Positions 1 to 11,700 of a stretch of DNA of 64,000 bases are shown one piece after another (positions within the stretch are counted from its first letter, which is position 1; each line of letters opens with the position of its first letter). The translations under genes and the position numbers were made by a program. This DNA is from a virus (Duplodnaviria; Caudoviricetes): IMG/VR virus record IMGVR_UViG_3300020388_000009; one strand, 5' to 3'. The notes below the pieces were generated by a model. It ran no database searches. It worked only from the letters and a program-made list of their open reading frames with translations, and was not told the origin of the DNA.

Positions 1-689
1 TTACTTGAACTAGTATATTCTGATATAAATGATCCAGTACTTGACCCAGATGCAAATGTTCTAATAAAAAATGATGCAGTTGCATCAAATTGATGTAATT
101 CATTTCCATGAGCTCCATCTATATGACAACCGCTTTCTGAATTTGCAAATGACCATGATGCTCCGGTATTAAATGATGAACTGTTAATAAATTCCCAATC
201 AACATAACCAGAAGTATTTGCAATTGCAGAAAAACTTAGTTTTGAACCAGTTTGTATAGAATATGAACCAGTTATTATTCCATCTTCACCATCTTCTGCT
301 AAAATTACTACAAAATCTGCAGGGAATGTTACCCTACCAAATATGCTAGCACTGGCTTGTAGATAAGCATTTGAGCTCATTTCATCGGCCATACGTTCAT
401 TTAATTTCGATTTATAATCAGGTGTCGGGACTGGGTCATAAAAAAATGATTGAGAAATACCACCTACGACTACATTTGGTATACGTATTGGTGGGCTAGA
501 TACTCCATCGACTATTGGAGTGTCTTTTCGTTTCATACGTTTATAAAATTTATGTTTTGATCCACGTGGATCTTTTAAAGCAAATGGAACACGCTGCTTA
601 CCGGTAAAAGTACCTTTAATAGTGCCGGCGGCTATAGAAGCACTTAATTCTGCATATGTTTTTACTTCAAATCCTCTAAATTTTGCCAT
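1..689 (-). CDS. Hypothetical virion protein, partial (runs off left edge)
   Basis: Translated by hand: ATG at 689, MAKFRGFEVKTYAELSASIAAG..., open to position 1. Late motif at 716-722. TGS/SAS/SSS-rich like its neighbours. Not in the ORF track. Confidence 0.8.
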   Translation of the reverse strand, partial: MAKFRGFEVKTYAELSASIAAGTIKGTFTGKQRVPFALKDPRGSKHKFYKRMKRKDTPIVDGVSSPPIRIPNVVVGGISQSFFYDPVPTPDYKSKLNERMADEMSSNAYLQASASIFGRVTFPADFVVILAEDGEDGIITGSYSIQTGSKLSFSAIANTSGYVDWEFINSSSFNTGASWSFANSESGCHIDGAHGNELHQFDATASFFIRTFASGSSTGSFISEYTSSS

Positions 690-731
690 AGTACAACTTT
701 TTATTTTATTTATAATAAATATGCAATAATA

Positions 732-1373
732 TCAATAACCCAGGTAAAAATCGCCAGAGGCACTATAAAACATTCCTCCTTCCTGGGCCGTAGGTGTTGT
801 AGAAAATGCTCCTAATACTGTAACTCCTTCTAGATTGATAACAAATTTTGCATCATCCGATCCATGTGATTTTACCAGAAATAAATCTCCAGGAGTACCA
901 TTACCAGTTATGATATTTTTTGATGATGATATTACTGGAGCAAATAACGATTGATTAACATATAAATCATTTGTAGTATCAACTAAAAATGAGTCTTGTC
1001 CTATTATTACCGGACCAGGTGTTTTTATCGATCCAGAATGTAATGTCAATGATCCAGATATTACCGATGGTCCATGCATTAAAACAGAACCAGTAATTGT
1101 CAATGATCCAGATATTACAGCAGAACCGGAAAATGGAAATACGGCGCCTGAGCCTTCTGCAAATGCTAATGCTATCCATGTTGAATCTGAAGTTTCGCTG
1201 CCAGGATTGGTACATGCATAATATCTGTTTTCATCTGATTGGTAAACTAGTAATCCTTCATACAAGTTAAACCATGGTATTGCAAGACGTTCAGTGTTGT
1301 TTGCTACAACCGATCGTGAATCTAAAGGTTCTTGTGTATTTGGATTAAATCCTACTCCAATATTCACTGCCAT
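732..1373 (-). CDS. Putative tail fibre/appendage-associated protein
   Basis: 213 aa. N-terminal PLDSR..ERLAI..YEGLLVY segment resembles phage fibre proteins. ISGS/ITGS beta-repeats. GGAG upstream. Confidence 0.55.
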   Translation of the reverse strand: MAVNIGVGFNPNTQEPLDSRSVVANNTERLAIPWFNLYEGLLVYQSDENRYYACTNPGSETSDSTWIALAFAEGSGAVFPFSGSAVISGSLTITGSVLMHGPSVISGSLTLHSGSIKTPGPVIIGQDSFLVDTTNDLYVNQSLFAPVISSSKNIITGNGTPGDLFLVKSHGSDDAKFVINLEGVTVLGAFSTTPTAQEGGMFYSASGDFYLGY

Positions 1374-1375
1374 GA

Positions 1376-4300
1376 TTAAAACTCCAATTTATATCTTAAT
1401 GGTATATTTTTCGGTGTCACAGATCTCCATACTTTATATTTAGGTTGACCTGTTACCGGATCAGTACCTACCGTAGTTACATCAAATCCAGAAATTTCTT
1501 CAAATGTAGAATCCACATTTTTAATTGATACCACATTTCCTAACTCTGCATCGTATATTATATATAAATATTCGCCAGTTGCTGCTGGGTTGAATGCAAT
1601 TGTTTTGGATTCTATTTCTGAAATTTCGTTTACTCCGGATTCAATGACACCAGTTGTCCAGTTATCTAATTCTAAAATCTCTTCGTACGAATATGATGAC
1701 ACCATAGTTGATATATATCTTAAACTCCTTACACGTTGCCATGTCACTGAAACTGATCCAGTATGTGTTAAATATTCGCTATTACGTGTACCAGAATTCC
1801 AAAATTGTTGTATTAGTCCGGTAGTTACATCGCCAGTTTGATTAACTGTAACAGAGTCAGAAAAATTATTAAAATGTGGTGTACTACTTAACCAGCCTTC
1901 TCCGGCAGCATCAGTTCCTGGTGTTGTTACCCATGAAATAGTTCCTTCTTCGCCTTCTTCTATTTCTAGTTGATCTGCATCATATGCATTATGTTCTAGA
2001 ACATATGTTAATTGTGTCACGGTTGGATTGGTAGGATCTAGTTTATTTAATTCTAATGGCAATACTGATTCCATATCTCCAAAATTTCCAAACTGATCCA
2101 CATATCTGATTTTAGCTTTAAATGTATGACTGCCGGATTGATAAGATGGATATGTATCATTAATTGTTATATTTTCTCCATCGGTAAATGATGCCACGCC
2201 TACATACACGCCTCCATTTGTAGATGCAGATATATGACCAAATATAAAGGTATTATCATATAAATTATATGATGATTTTAATTGATAATCGTCAATAACA
2301 TTTGTAAATCTATCTGTATCAAAAGTTTCATCTACGAATCGATAGAAATATGGATCAACATTAGACCCAAATGTCAATGTTAATATTCCTCCATCAGTTG
2401 TAACAGATACATCGTTACTATAATCGTTAATAACTAATTGAGTTAAATCGATTAGAGGTGCCGTAGATCCTGTTTGATATTGTACTGAAGTGGATGAACC
2501 ACCTTCTGTATTTATTGAATTAGGATAACTACCAGTATAAAAGAATTTTTTCTGTACTGTATCGTATACTACGACTTTATTTCCAGGTTCATTAGAATGA
2601 GGTACATTATTAAATGCTCCGGAAATTTCCGCGGCGATTTGGGCAGAACCAGATATCAATGTATTGTTTAATTCTGTTTCTGCAATTGTTAATCTAGCTG
2701 ATAATGATTCGCTTACGTTGCTAAATGATCCAGATATATCCGCGGCAATTTGAGCAGAACTAGATATCAATGCATTGCCTAATTCTGTTTCTATTACATT
2801 TAATCTTGATGAAAATGAACCACTATCTGTTTCTAATGAGGTTACTCTTGTACTAAATGAAGAACTTGGAGCAACAAATGCTCCAGTAATTTCTGTGGCA
2901 ATTTGTGCAGATCCGGATATCAATGTTTTGGAAGTACTACCGGCTTCCACAGATGACAGTCTAGAGGATAATGACTCACTTACATTGCTAAATGCTCCAG
3001 AAATTTCTGAAGCTATTTGCATTGAACCAGATATCAATGTATTACCTAATTCTGATTCTATTACATTTAATCTGGATTGCACTGATGAACTTACATCACT
3101 AAATGCTCCAGATATTGCGGTAGCGATTTGAGCAGAACCGGATATCAATGTATTGTTTAATTCTGATTCTATTGTATTTAAACGACTTTGTAAAGAAGAG
3201 CTAGTTTCTGTAAATGCTCCGGATACTGCAGATGCAATTTGAGCTGAACCAGATATCAATGTATTGTTTAATTCTGATTCTATTGTAGTTAATCGAGTTT
3301 GTATAGATGCACTAGTATCTGTAAATGCACCTGATATTTCTGTTGCAATTTGAGCAGAACTGCTCAATGCTCCTTCAAATATTCCGGTAAATGCCGGTGC
3401 TGTAATAGTTCCTTTAGATACAATTATACTACCAGTTGTTAATATAGATCCGGTAAATTGATGAGTAGCTTCTGATGGTATTGAACCTGAACCAAATACA
3501 GTTGAGCCAGAACGAACTGTTATCTGGTCTTCAAATAATTCTACACCGTTAAATACAAGAGATCCAAATAATCGAGTATCATTATTTATTAAAAGCTGTG
3601 ATGCTGTTACGCGCGATGATGATATATTTGCAAACGTTACAGAGGAATCTGTGTTTACGTTCTGATTAATTTGTGATTCTAATGTATTAAATCTAGATTC
3701 TATAGACGAACTTACGTTATTAAATGCCCCAGATATTTCAGATTTAATTTCACCAGAACTTGATATATAATTTAATTCAATTGTAGATAATCGAGTTTGT
3801 ATAGAAGCGCTAGATTTAAAAAATGCTCCGGATATTTCTGTGGCAATTTGTGCAGAGCTAGATATAACTCCTTGACCTTGAAATGCACCAGAAATTGCAG
3901 CAGCAAGTTGTGCAGAGCCAGATATCAATGTTTTGGAAGTACTGCCTGCTTCTACTAATGTTAATCGTGATGATAATGATTCGCTAGCGTTATTAAATGC
4001 TCCAGATATTTCAGATTCAATTTCGCTAGAACTTGATATATAATTTAATTCTATTACATTTAATCTGGATTGTATAGATTCACTGGCGTTGTTAAATGCG
4101 CCTGATATCGCTGTAGCTATTTGTACAGATCCGGATATCAATGTATTGCCTAATTCTGATTCTATTACATTTAATCTGGATTGTATAGATTCGCTGGCGT
4201 TATTAAACGCACCGGAAATTTCTGTAGCAATCTGCACAGAACCGGATATCAATGGTTTGGAAGTGCTACCTGCTTCTACTAATGTTAATCGCGATGATAA

Positions 4301-5044
4301 TGATTCACTTACCGGTTGGAATGCACCAGATATTTCTGAAGCTATTTGAGCAGAACCAGATATCAATGTTTTGGAAGTGCTACCAGCTTCAACAGCTTCT
4401 AAACGAACGCTTATTGATGATGCAGAATCTTGATTTTTTAATATCCTAGATAAATTAGATCGTATTAAATTATCATTAGTACTAGACGAATATTCTAATT
4501 CAACAATTGATGGATGAACCAAAATTGAGCTGGATATATCTGTGGCAATTTGAGCAGAACTACTTAAAGCTCCTTCAAAAATTCCTTTAAATGATGTAGC
4601 CTTTACAGATCCAGAAACATCCAATTTATGATTTGCCTGCGATGTTCCTATTCCTACATTACCAGTATTATAAAATATATCAGCGCCATCTGCACTCCAT
4701 GCTGTCAATGACCGAGCTGCTCTATTTGTGGCAGAGCTAACAACTGTATCATTTATAACAATATTATCAGTTATTTCAATAATGTTTGGTTGAGAAATTT
4801 CTTGAGTAACTATCTGATTGTTTTCAGGGGATGAAATTTCTACGGTAACATTTGCATCTTCCGATAATGCGATATTATTTGTAGTGACAACTGTTTGGAT
4901 GTTAGTATCATCTGATTCTTGGCTAGAATCAGTAACAGTTATAGATCCTTGAGTGCTTAAATCTACTACTTCAATTATGTAGACATCAACATCTTGTATA
5001 TCAACTGAAAATTTTTCTTCTTTAACATCTATGTTAATTGCCAT
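1376..5044 (-). CDS. Long repetitive fibre protein (coiled-coil-like shaft)
   Basis: 1222 aa. 14 copies of an ISGSAQIA.EISGAF-type repeat, a GNVGIGT..P/A..KLDV fibre motif and an SGST.FG....THQFTGS module. Confidence 0.7.
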   Translation of the reverse strand: MAINIDVKEEKFSVDIQDVDVYIIEVVDLSTQGSITVTDSSQESDDTNIQTVVTTNNIALSEDANVTVEISSPENNQIVTQEISQPNIIEITDNIVINDTVVSSATNRAARSLTAWSADGADIFYNTGNVGIGTSQANHKLDVSGSVKATSFKGIFEGALSSSAQIATDISSSILVHPSIVELEYSSSTNDNLIRSNLSRILKNQDSASSISVRLEAVEAGSTSKTLISGSAQIASEISGAFQPVSESLSSRLTLVEAGSTSKPLISGSVQIATEISGAFNNASESIQSRLNVIESELGNTLISGSVQIATAISGAFNNASESIQSRLNVIELNYISSSSEIESEISGAFNNASESLSSRLTLVEAGSTSKTLISGSAQLAAAISGAFQGQGVISSSAQIATEISGAFFKSSASIQTRLSTIELNYISSSGEIKSEISGAFNNVSSSIESRFNTLESQINQNVNTDSSVTFANISSSRVTASQLLINNDTRLFGSLVFNGVELFEDQITVRSGSTVFGSGSIPSEATHQFTGSILTTGSIIVSKGTITAPAFTGIFEGALSSSAQIATEISGAFTDTSASIQTRLTTIESELNNTLISGSAQIASAVSGAFTETSSSLQSRLNTIESELNNTLISGSAQIATAISGAFSDVSSSVQSRLNVIESELGNTLISGSMQIASEISGAFSNVSESLSSRLSSVEAGSTSKTLISGSAQIATEITGAFVAPSSSFSTRVTSLETDSGSFSSRLNVIETELGNALISSSAQIAADISGSFSNVSESLSARLTIAETELNNTLISGSAQIAAEISGAFNNVPHSNEPGNKVVVYDTVQKKFFYTGSYPNSINTEGGSSTSVQYQTGSTAPLIDLTQLVINDYSNDVSVTTDGGILTLTFGSNVDPYFYRFVDETFDTDRFTNVIDDYQLKSSYNLYDNTFIFGHISASTNGGVYVGVASFTDGENITINDTYPSYQSGSHTFKAKIRYVDQFGNFGDMESVLPLELNKLDPTNPTVTQLTYVLEHNAYDADQLEIEEGEEGTISWVTTPGTDAAGEGWLSSTPHFNNFSDSVTVNQTGDVTTGLIQQFWNSGTRNSEYLTHTGSVSVTWQRVRSLRYISTMVSSYSYEEILELDNWTTGVIESGVNEISEIESKTIAFNPAATGEYLYIIYDAELGNVVSIKNVDSTFEEISGFDVTTVGTDPVTGQPKYKVWRSVTPKNIPLRYKLEF
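2600..4420. repeat. Degenerate intragenic tandem repeats, mostly ~99-114 bp (33-38 aa), in two blocks of seven
   Basis: Recurring DNA such as aatgctccagatatt, gcagaaccagatatcaatgt and tctattacatttaatctgga. The blocks at ~2600-3370 and ~3660-4420 flank a non-repetitive module. Confidence 0.85.
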
Positions 5045-5049
5045 ACCAT

Positions 5050-5427
5050 CTAATCTCTAGTCACTTCTTTTGATAATTTAATACGTCCTTGTAATAATCT
5101 TGTCACAGTATTTGTAGCTGAATGCTCTAATTCCAAATCATATACCGCGGTATCAAAAGAGTATAATGATGTTGATGTGGCTGGAATAAGCAATTCTATT
5201 GTACCACTGATAGCTGATCCAGAAGTTTCAATTACTGATAAAAAATTATTAGTTTCGGTATCAAAATCGCCAATTTTAGTCGTAGAATCAATGGTATTAC
5301 GTATTTGCATACGCACGTTGTATCCAGAACCTATATCCACCGGTGTACCAGCGGCATTTTTATAAGTGAATTGTTTTTTAACTGTAACACCTTGTTCTAT
5401 AGTAAAGTTGTATTGACCTGCTGCCAT
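5050..5427 (-). CDS. Small Ig-like virion/tail adaptor protein (possibly LtfC/BppU-like)
   Basis: 125 aa. MAAG.YNFTIEQG...YDLEL....V.RLLQG.I.LS.EVTR pattern is common in myovirus tail regions. Late motif and AAGGA upstream. Confidence 0.55.
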   Translation of the reverse strand: MAAGQYNFTIEQGVTVKKQFTYKNAAGTPVDIGSGYNVRMQIRNTIDSTTKIGDFDTETNNFLSVIETSGSAISGTIELLIPATSTSLYSFDTAVYDLELEHSATNTVTRLLQGRIKLSKEVTRD

Positions 5428-5490
5428 AATATTTCCTTTATTTTATATAAATATTGGAACAATATGATACAATGAGATTTTAGTTGTGGA

Positions 5491-6294
5491 TTATCCTAAT
5501 GTTAAAGTTGCGCCTTGAATAAAGACATTAGTAGCACCTGGTGCTATAAGTATACCATATGATTCTCCTACTGTACAATCCCATCTAGTTGGTTGTAGAT
5601 TAGTATTAGAATTACCTGCAGTCGACAATAATGCTGTAAAAGTACCAGGTGTAAGTCTAAAAGGCGTAACTGATCTTGCGATATTTGCACTTGTGTGCAC
5701 AGCTACATGAGTAACTCGCTTTCCTTGAATGCCTGGCCATACTGCAGTTAATGCACCTCTATCATTAGTTGTTAATGCGCCTCGAACGCTATATGTTACA
5801 TCATATCCATCTTTTTTAAAATCGGTAAATGGTATAAATACTTTTTCTGTACCTCTATCATCGTACACACCTACTGATGAAAATTTTGCAGTATTAGCAG
5901 TAATTGCAGATGCTTGAGTGGATGATATTGTTGTTGTATTACCTGCTAATGCTCTACCACTTGTAGTACCAAATCCTGGAAATGTGGTTTTTGCTGTATT
6001 AGCTGTGATTGCAGAAGCTTGGGAATTAGATATAGTTGTTGTGTTACCTCTCATTGCAGTTGTATTGGTAGTTCCAAAACCTGGAAAATTTTCTGCATCT
6101 GCTTCTAAATAACGATGTAGTTCTTTTATCTCATCATTTAATTTTTGTAATTTATATAACATGGCACGTTCAGCAGGAAACACTTCCAGTTCTATATGTT
6201 TACCTTCATTGAAGGAAGCTGACATTGCCGCCAATTTTGCTCCATCTGTTATTCTATGTCTATCTAAATTATCGTCTCTATTACCTTTTGCCAT
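5491..6294 (-). CDS. Hypothetical fibre-like protein with 2x35-aa repeat
   Basis: 267 aa. FPGFGTT....(M/L).GNTTTIS..QASAITANTAK occurs twice (~5885-6090). Confidence 0.6.
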   Translation of the reverse strand: MAKGNRDDNLDRHRITDGAKLAAMSASFNEGKHIELEVFPAERAMLYKLQKLNDEIKELHRYLEADAENFPGFGTTNTTAMRGNTTTISNSQASAITANTAKTTFPGFGTTSGRALAGNTTTISSTQASAITANTAKFSSVGVYDDRGTEKVFIPFTDFKKDGYDVTYSVRGALTTNDRGALTAVWPGIQGKRVTHVAVHTSANIARSVTPFRLTPGTFTALLSTAGNSNTNLQPTRWDCTVGESYGILIAPGATNVFIQGATLTLG

Positions 6295-6302
6295 AATTTT
6301 AC

Positions 6303-7859
6303 CTATACTGCTTCTATTGTTACATACCCGCCATAAACTTCTTCACCAGAAGCTTGGGCTAATTCTAATAATAAATAATTTGTTGTGCTACTAGTTACAT
6401 CGGTAATATCCAATTCAGTTCCTATATTTCCAGTACCTTTACTAGTTACTGTTTTGCTATTGATATTCATTTCAGATACTTCTAATGCCGATGTACCACT
6501 TCCGTAAATATGTACATGTGTTGCTTTAAATCCTGTTGGTATTGGTATAGAAGCAAATAATTTAGCTGTACCATGAGATTCTAACCACCTGTCACTACCG
6601 GAATCATCAATCATTGCTGGTCTACCAATATCATCTGGTATAAAATCACTTACCAAGATTTTAATTCTTGTAATCGATCCATGCCATCCTGCTAAAATAG
6701 TACCAGTGGCACTTATGGTTTGCCCCGCATGTAAAGCTCCATTTGTTGATAAAGTAGTACCACTACTATGTTGTAAATAAGCGCCTGATGATGCATCTAA
6801 ATAGAGTCTATCAGCTGTTAAATACCCACTTGCACTTATATGACCTGATGCTGTAATAGCTGTTTGAACATTAAAAGATGTACCTGTAAATATACTATCT
6901 CTATTTGCTCTACCAAATGTTAATTTATTAGCATTTGTAATATCATAATCAACTACATCAGTATCAGCAACAGTAATAGCTTTTGCTACATTTAAATTTC
7001 CATACATATGAATATCAGCGTCATTTTCTACTCTTAAAGATGCTGAATTACCTGCCGCTAAGTATAATTGTCTATTGTTACCGCTAGCCGATCCTGTCAT
7101 ACCAATAATCATTGAATTTCCTTTGGTACCTGTTAAAGTATGACCTGATGGCCATTGGTCGTCATCTCCTGATATACCTATTTGTCCTGATATACCACCG
7201 TTATCTTGTTTTAAATGAATATAAGGATTTGCGGCTTCGTTATCATTTCCTGAATCTGCTTCTAGAGTTAATACTGCATCACCATCTGATCCAGATTTAA
7301 TTATTGTGACATTGCCACCAAATACATGATTAAGACCACTTGCACTTATATTACCAGAGGCTGTTATATGAGAAGTTACTTTTAAATTACCTTCAACTTT
7401 CACATTGTTCACACTTTGATCAGATACAGTTAATATATCTGTATCATCTGGAGCAATAATAATGGTATTACTGGTTTGATAAATTCTATCATCATTAGCT
7501 CCAAAATGAATCGTTGGATCGCCACCGGCACCATGTAGGTTTAAATGTGCACCAAAAATATTATTACTTGCACTTATAAGGCCTGTAACTCTCATATCTC
7601 CTGTAAACTGGTGTGTATCATCTGATGAATCACCAAATGCGGTTGAACCTGAAAGTGTTTGAGTTGTTATATTGCTAACTGATGAACAAACAATATAATT
7701 TTCTGCTGTTATACTATCAACTCGAAAATCACTTGAAACTGCAGATCCAGAACCATAATAAAATTTTCCAGTATCCAAATTAATCGCTAATTCACCATCT
7801 GCTAAACTGCTTGGAACTGCGGAACCGGTTCCTCTTCTTATTTGTATTGTTTGTGCCAT
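6303..7859 (-). CDS. Tail fibre/spike with Mtd-N-like N-terminal anchor domain
   Basis: 518 aa. MAQTIQIRRG...PSSLADGELAINLDTGKFYYG resembles the major-tropism-determinant/hyaluronidase-type N-terminal domain. ITASG.ISAS repeats. Confidence 0.65.
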   Translation of the reverse strand: MAQTIQIRRGTGSAVPSSLADGELAINLDTGKFYYGSGSAVSSDFRVDSITAENYIVCSSVSNITTQTLSGSTAFGDSSDDTHQFTGDMRVTGLISASNNIFGAHLNLHGAGGDPTIHFGANDDRIYQTSNTIIIAPDDTDILTVSDQSVNNVKVEGNLKVTSHITASGNISASGLNHVFGGNVTIIKSGSDGDAVLTLEADSGNDNEAANPYIHLKQDNGGISGQIGISGDDDQWPSGHTLTGTKGNSMIIGMTGSASGNNRQLYLAAGNSASLRVENDADIHMYGNLNVAKAITVADTDVVDYDITNANKLTFGRANRDSIFTGTSFNVQTAITASGHISASGYLTADRLYLDASSGAYLQHSSGTTLSTNGALHAGQTISATGTILAGWHGSITRIKILVSDFIPDDIGRPAMIDDSGSDRWLESHGTAKLFASIPIPTGFKATHVHIYGSGTSALEVSEMNINSKTVTSKGTGNIGTELDITDVTSSTTNYLLLELAQASGEEVYGGYVTIEAV

Positions 7860-7899
7860 ATGTTATTCTATTTTATATAAATATTAATTAATTAAATAT

Positions 7900-8700
7900 T
7901 TAAATGCTGAATGCCGAACTGTCGATAAAGTCGTCTGGTGGAAATCGAAAATTATAAATAGTTTCTGTCACTTTTATTTGATACCCCTGACCCGGAAAAA
8001 GGTTTCCAATACCATTAAAGGTATACTCTGGCCAATATACATCAGCAGTATTATTTTTCACAATCTGAATTTTATGTGTTATATCTTGTTCAATACCATT
8101 TACAGTCCCGTTAGCAAATGCATCTATCGCATTTTGGGGAGTTCTTCTGTTAAACCCAATTATATTCCAACCTTCTAAAATATTTATATATCCATGTTCA
8201 TATAAACTAGTATGCCATAACAATTGCCGGTTTTCAACTACCTGCTCATTAATTGCTAAATTTGCTCCAAATAATGGAATAGTAAATTCAATTGCTTCCC
8301 TCATCTTTATTTGATATCCTTGACCAGGAAGGAAATCTCCAATTCCATTAAACCCAAATTCCGGCCAGTATACTTGTGCAGCATTGTTTTTAGTAATTTC
8401 TATATTATCTTCAATTTCTGCAAATGTAGCTTGTATATCCTGAGCATATGGTAATACTGATCCTATCATATTCCAACCTTTAAGAAAATTATATGTAACG
8501 TATTGTGCTGCGCCAGGAGATGTGGCATCAATTCCAATAACCTCTTCTATTTCTTGCTCAGGAACTGGTTGAAATGTTGATTGTAATTCATCTGAGTCTG
8601 CCACATCTATTATACCAGCGATATCACGCGTGTAAACAGTGTCAAGTCGATGTTCGGGTGCTAATGTCGATGCAGATCCAGAAATTTGTGATATACTCAT
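7900..8700 (-). CDS. Protein with a tandem-duplicated GWN(M/I)IG...YWPE..FNGIG...PGQGYQIK domain
   Basis: 266 aa. Two clear copies of a ~65-aa domain, which I recall from secreted proteins of marine Bacteroidota (not verified). Confidence 0.6.
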   Translation of the reverse strand: MSISQISGSASTLAPEHRLDTVYTRDIAGIIDVADSDELQSTFQPVPEQEIEEVIGIDATSPGAAQYVTYNFLKGWNMIGSVLPYAQDIQATFAEIEDNIEITKNNAAQVYWPEFGFNGIGDFLPGQGYQIKMREAIEFTIPLFGANLAINEQVVENRQLLWHTSLYEHGYINILEGWNIIGFNRRTPQNAIDAFANGTVNGIEQDITHKIQIVKNNTADVYWPEYTFNGIGNLFPGQGYQIKVTETIYNFRFPPDDFIDSSAFSI

Positions 8701-11700
8701 TAGAATGTGCCTCCATCAATTACAGTTGTAGTTGTTACAAATGATGCAGTTTGAGAATTTTGTATGTAACTGCTTAAATCTTGATCTCCGGTATTAGTTC
8801 CACTTAAATTAGAACCTATAATAGTACCACTCGCACTTACGTTATTTGAAGCTGTTACATTTCCAAATAATACATTACTACTTGTAACTGCTAAATGTAC
8901 TAAACTTTGGTCACCTGTATTTGTACCTGATAAATTAGATGCTATAATAGTTCCGCTTGAACTTATATCACCTGAAGCCGTTATTGCCGTTGTTGTCAAT
9001 CCTTGAGCACTAGAAGCTATAACAGTTGGGGCAGATATTTGGTTACTTCGTACAGAACTTCGATTTGTACCAGTTCCGACATTTAATTGACTACCTTCAC
9101 TTAAAAATATTGAAGATGCTGTTATATCCGCAGATGCACTAATATTACCAGATTTACCAATTTTAAATTCTGTTATTCCAGCGCTATTTTTTACTGTAAA
9201 TAAATCTGGATCTTTATAAGCACGAGAACCAGACCATGTACCTCCTTCCCATGGATCTGACAATCTCAAATGATTGTTATCTACTATGGAGGCAATTACG
9301 TATGTTCTGAAAAAACTAGCTGATTGTATACGTATTGCATCGCCTTCATTAAATTCAGTTAAAAATGTAGCAGTAGCACTACCGGTAATTCCATTAGATC
9401 CGTTAGATGCCGATATTATTCCAATTGGTATATTAGCACCATCAGATCCTACGATTACACTACCTGACATTATAATTGAATTAGCTGTTAAACTAATTGA
9501 TCCGGAGGTCGGATGTAATACACGGATATCAGCTTTTGCATCTGCCACGTTATAAATTCTATAAGCATCTACGTATATCTCACTTACACCAGCAGGTGTA
9601 TAATATCCAAACATGCGACCAGAAAATTCATCTACTCCACGCGATCCATCTTGTTTATAATTTGTAAAGTATATAGGAGTCAATGATGGTAATTGCAATG
9701 AACTGCTAGCATATACATCTATTCCATTAATGGTTGATCCGAGTAATGTGGATGAACTTATAATAGAAGATGTTATTTGAGTACTTTCAATAAATTCGGT
9801 ATTCATATGACTTGCAGACATCCTACTTGCCGTCATCGATAAAGCTGATTGTATTGCAAAGTTATAACCTAAATTTAAATCATTGGTTAAGTCGGCTCCT
9901 TGAAATGTAGTGAATCCAGAAGCAATCACGGATCCAGAAAACATTCCTAAACGAGCTGCTGATGCTGATACCGCTTTATCAAAAATTGATAAATCTTGTC
10001 CAAATGGTCCTGTATCTCCAGTTCCTGTTTGATTTAATCCAATATTTATTTGTTTTCTATTGGTTGGTCCATAATATTTATTTTCATATAAATCTAAATG
10101 ATGTAAATATTGTGCAGTATCAGACCGGTCATCTGCAAATAATGCACCACTCACTTCAAGTTTATAATACGCATATTTACTAGCAGTTGCTATACTAGCT
10201 GTTACATATGAAATATAATAACCTCGATCTCCGGTATCGCGGTTCTGACCTATACTAGCTAATACTCCTTCATTGTCAGGCATATACGGTCCACCTAACT
10301 TATAAAAAGATGATGTAATTACACCATTAGCTGTATTGGTTGCCATATTACTTGCAGATGCAATTGCATTAAATGTGACATTGTCATGACTAGCCCATAA
10401 TGTGATTCCATCAATAAATGGTAAAGGATCATCTGATGTAGGTGCAGATGCGGTTATATGACTATAATATAATCCAATTGTATCCAATCGTTTTGCTTCT
10501 GAAAAATGGAAACTATGAGTGGTACTTTGGGCATATGATGGAACATCAAAATATCCAAAACTAGATAAATCTGCGTATCCATCAGGAGTATATGCAAATA
10601 TATCACCTCCGTTAACCTGAGTACTCACTGCGCCGGCATCTGCATATTTAGTAGCAGTATTTACTTGGTCATATAATTGTAATGTTTTAATTTGAAATCG
10701 ATCGTTAGGTGGTGGCCCTACATCTGAATCTGATTTAAATTTGATACGATAATATTTGTACTCATTACCTGAGTCAAATTCATGCACAGTAGTTTGATCT
10801 TGTGGCATATCAAATGATGTTATTGGTAACCAATTTTGAGCGTGGTCAGATGTAACCGTATTACTTGAATACATGTGAAAAGAATATGTGGCATCGTTTG
10901 ATGCAGATATTTGCACTGATACTCCCATGGCTGCATTTGCGGTTGGGCCATTATTCACTGCAATTTTATAAAGGTTACGTGCTAGGCTAGTCTCGCCGCT
11001 AGGAGAAGCCGGGAAGGGATCCGCAAAAAGTATGTCTAGACTTATCACATCTGTATCCGGATCAAATACTGCTGCAGTGGATGTATTAGCATCAAACATA
11101 CTGCCAACTTCTCCAGTGTGTAGTTGGTCTGGCCCATAGGTTGATATACCTGATGTTGTGGCAAATGATCGTAACACGATTTTAGTCTCTGTTGTATCGG
11201 ATCCGCCTGTAATACCATCAATATCAACCGGCATGCCAGTTAAATCAATTTTAGTTTCAGACTTAACATAATTGGCGCCGTAGTACCGAACTGGGCCAGT
11301 AAACGATCCAGATACATCGTATAATGATGCAGATCCCAAACGTATCAAATAATCACGTTCTCCAATTGATGATGATACAATTAATAAATCATCCAATTGT
11401 ACATATTCTAACACATCATTTGAATCGGTAGGCGTTAATGTGGTTTTTTCATAATATCCATATTCATTATCACGTTGAGATTTAGATCCAGATGATGAAA
11501 ATAATGTGGTAATAATACCAGGTGATGAAGCTGCTCCTGAGGCTGAACTTCCATCTGTACTAGCCGCGGCTGCTCCAGTTGGTCCTACATATCTATATCC
11601 AACTAACCATAATGGTAGCTTTAATGCAGAACCATCTTCCTTATATAAGTGTACTTCATCAGCGTCATTTAATCCAATTTGTATTGTACCGGCTGCCGGG

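Noticed and set aside
5441-5454. Plus-strand TATAAATA as true T4 late promoters driving plus-strand genes
   Set aside because: No plus-strand genes follow them, and their position tracks minus-strand start codons. Antisense transcription cannot be excluded from sequence alone.
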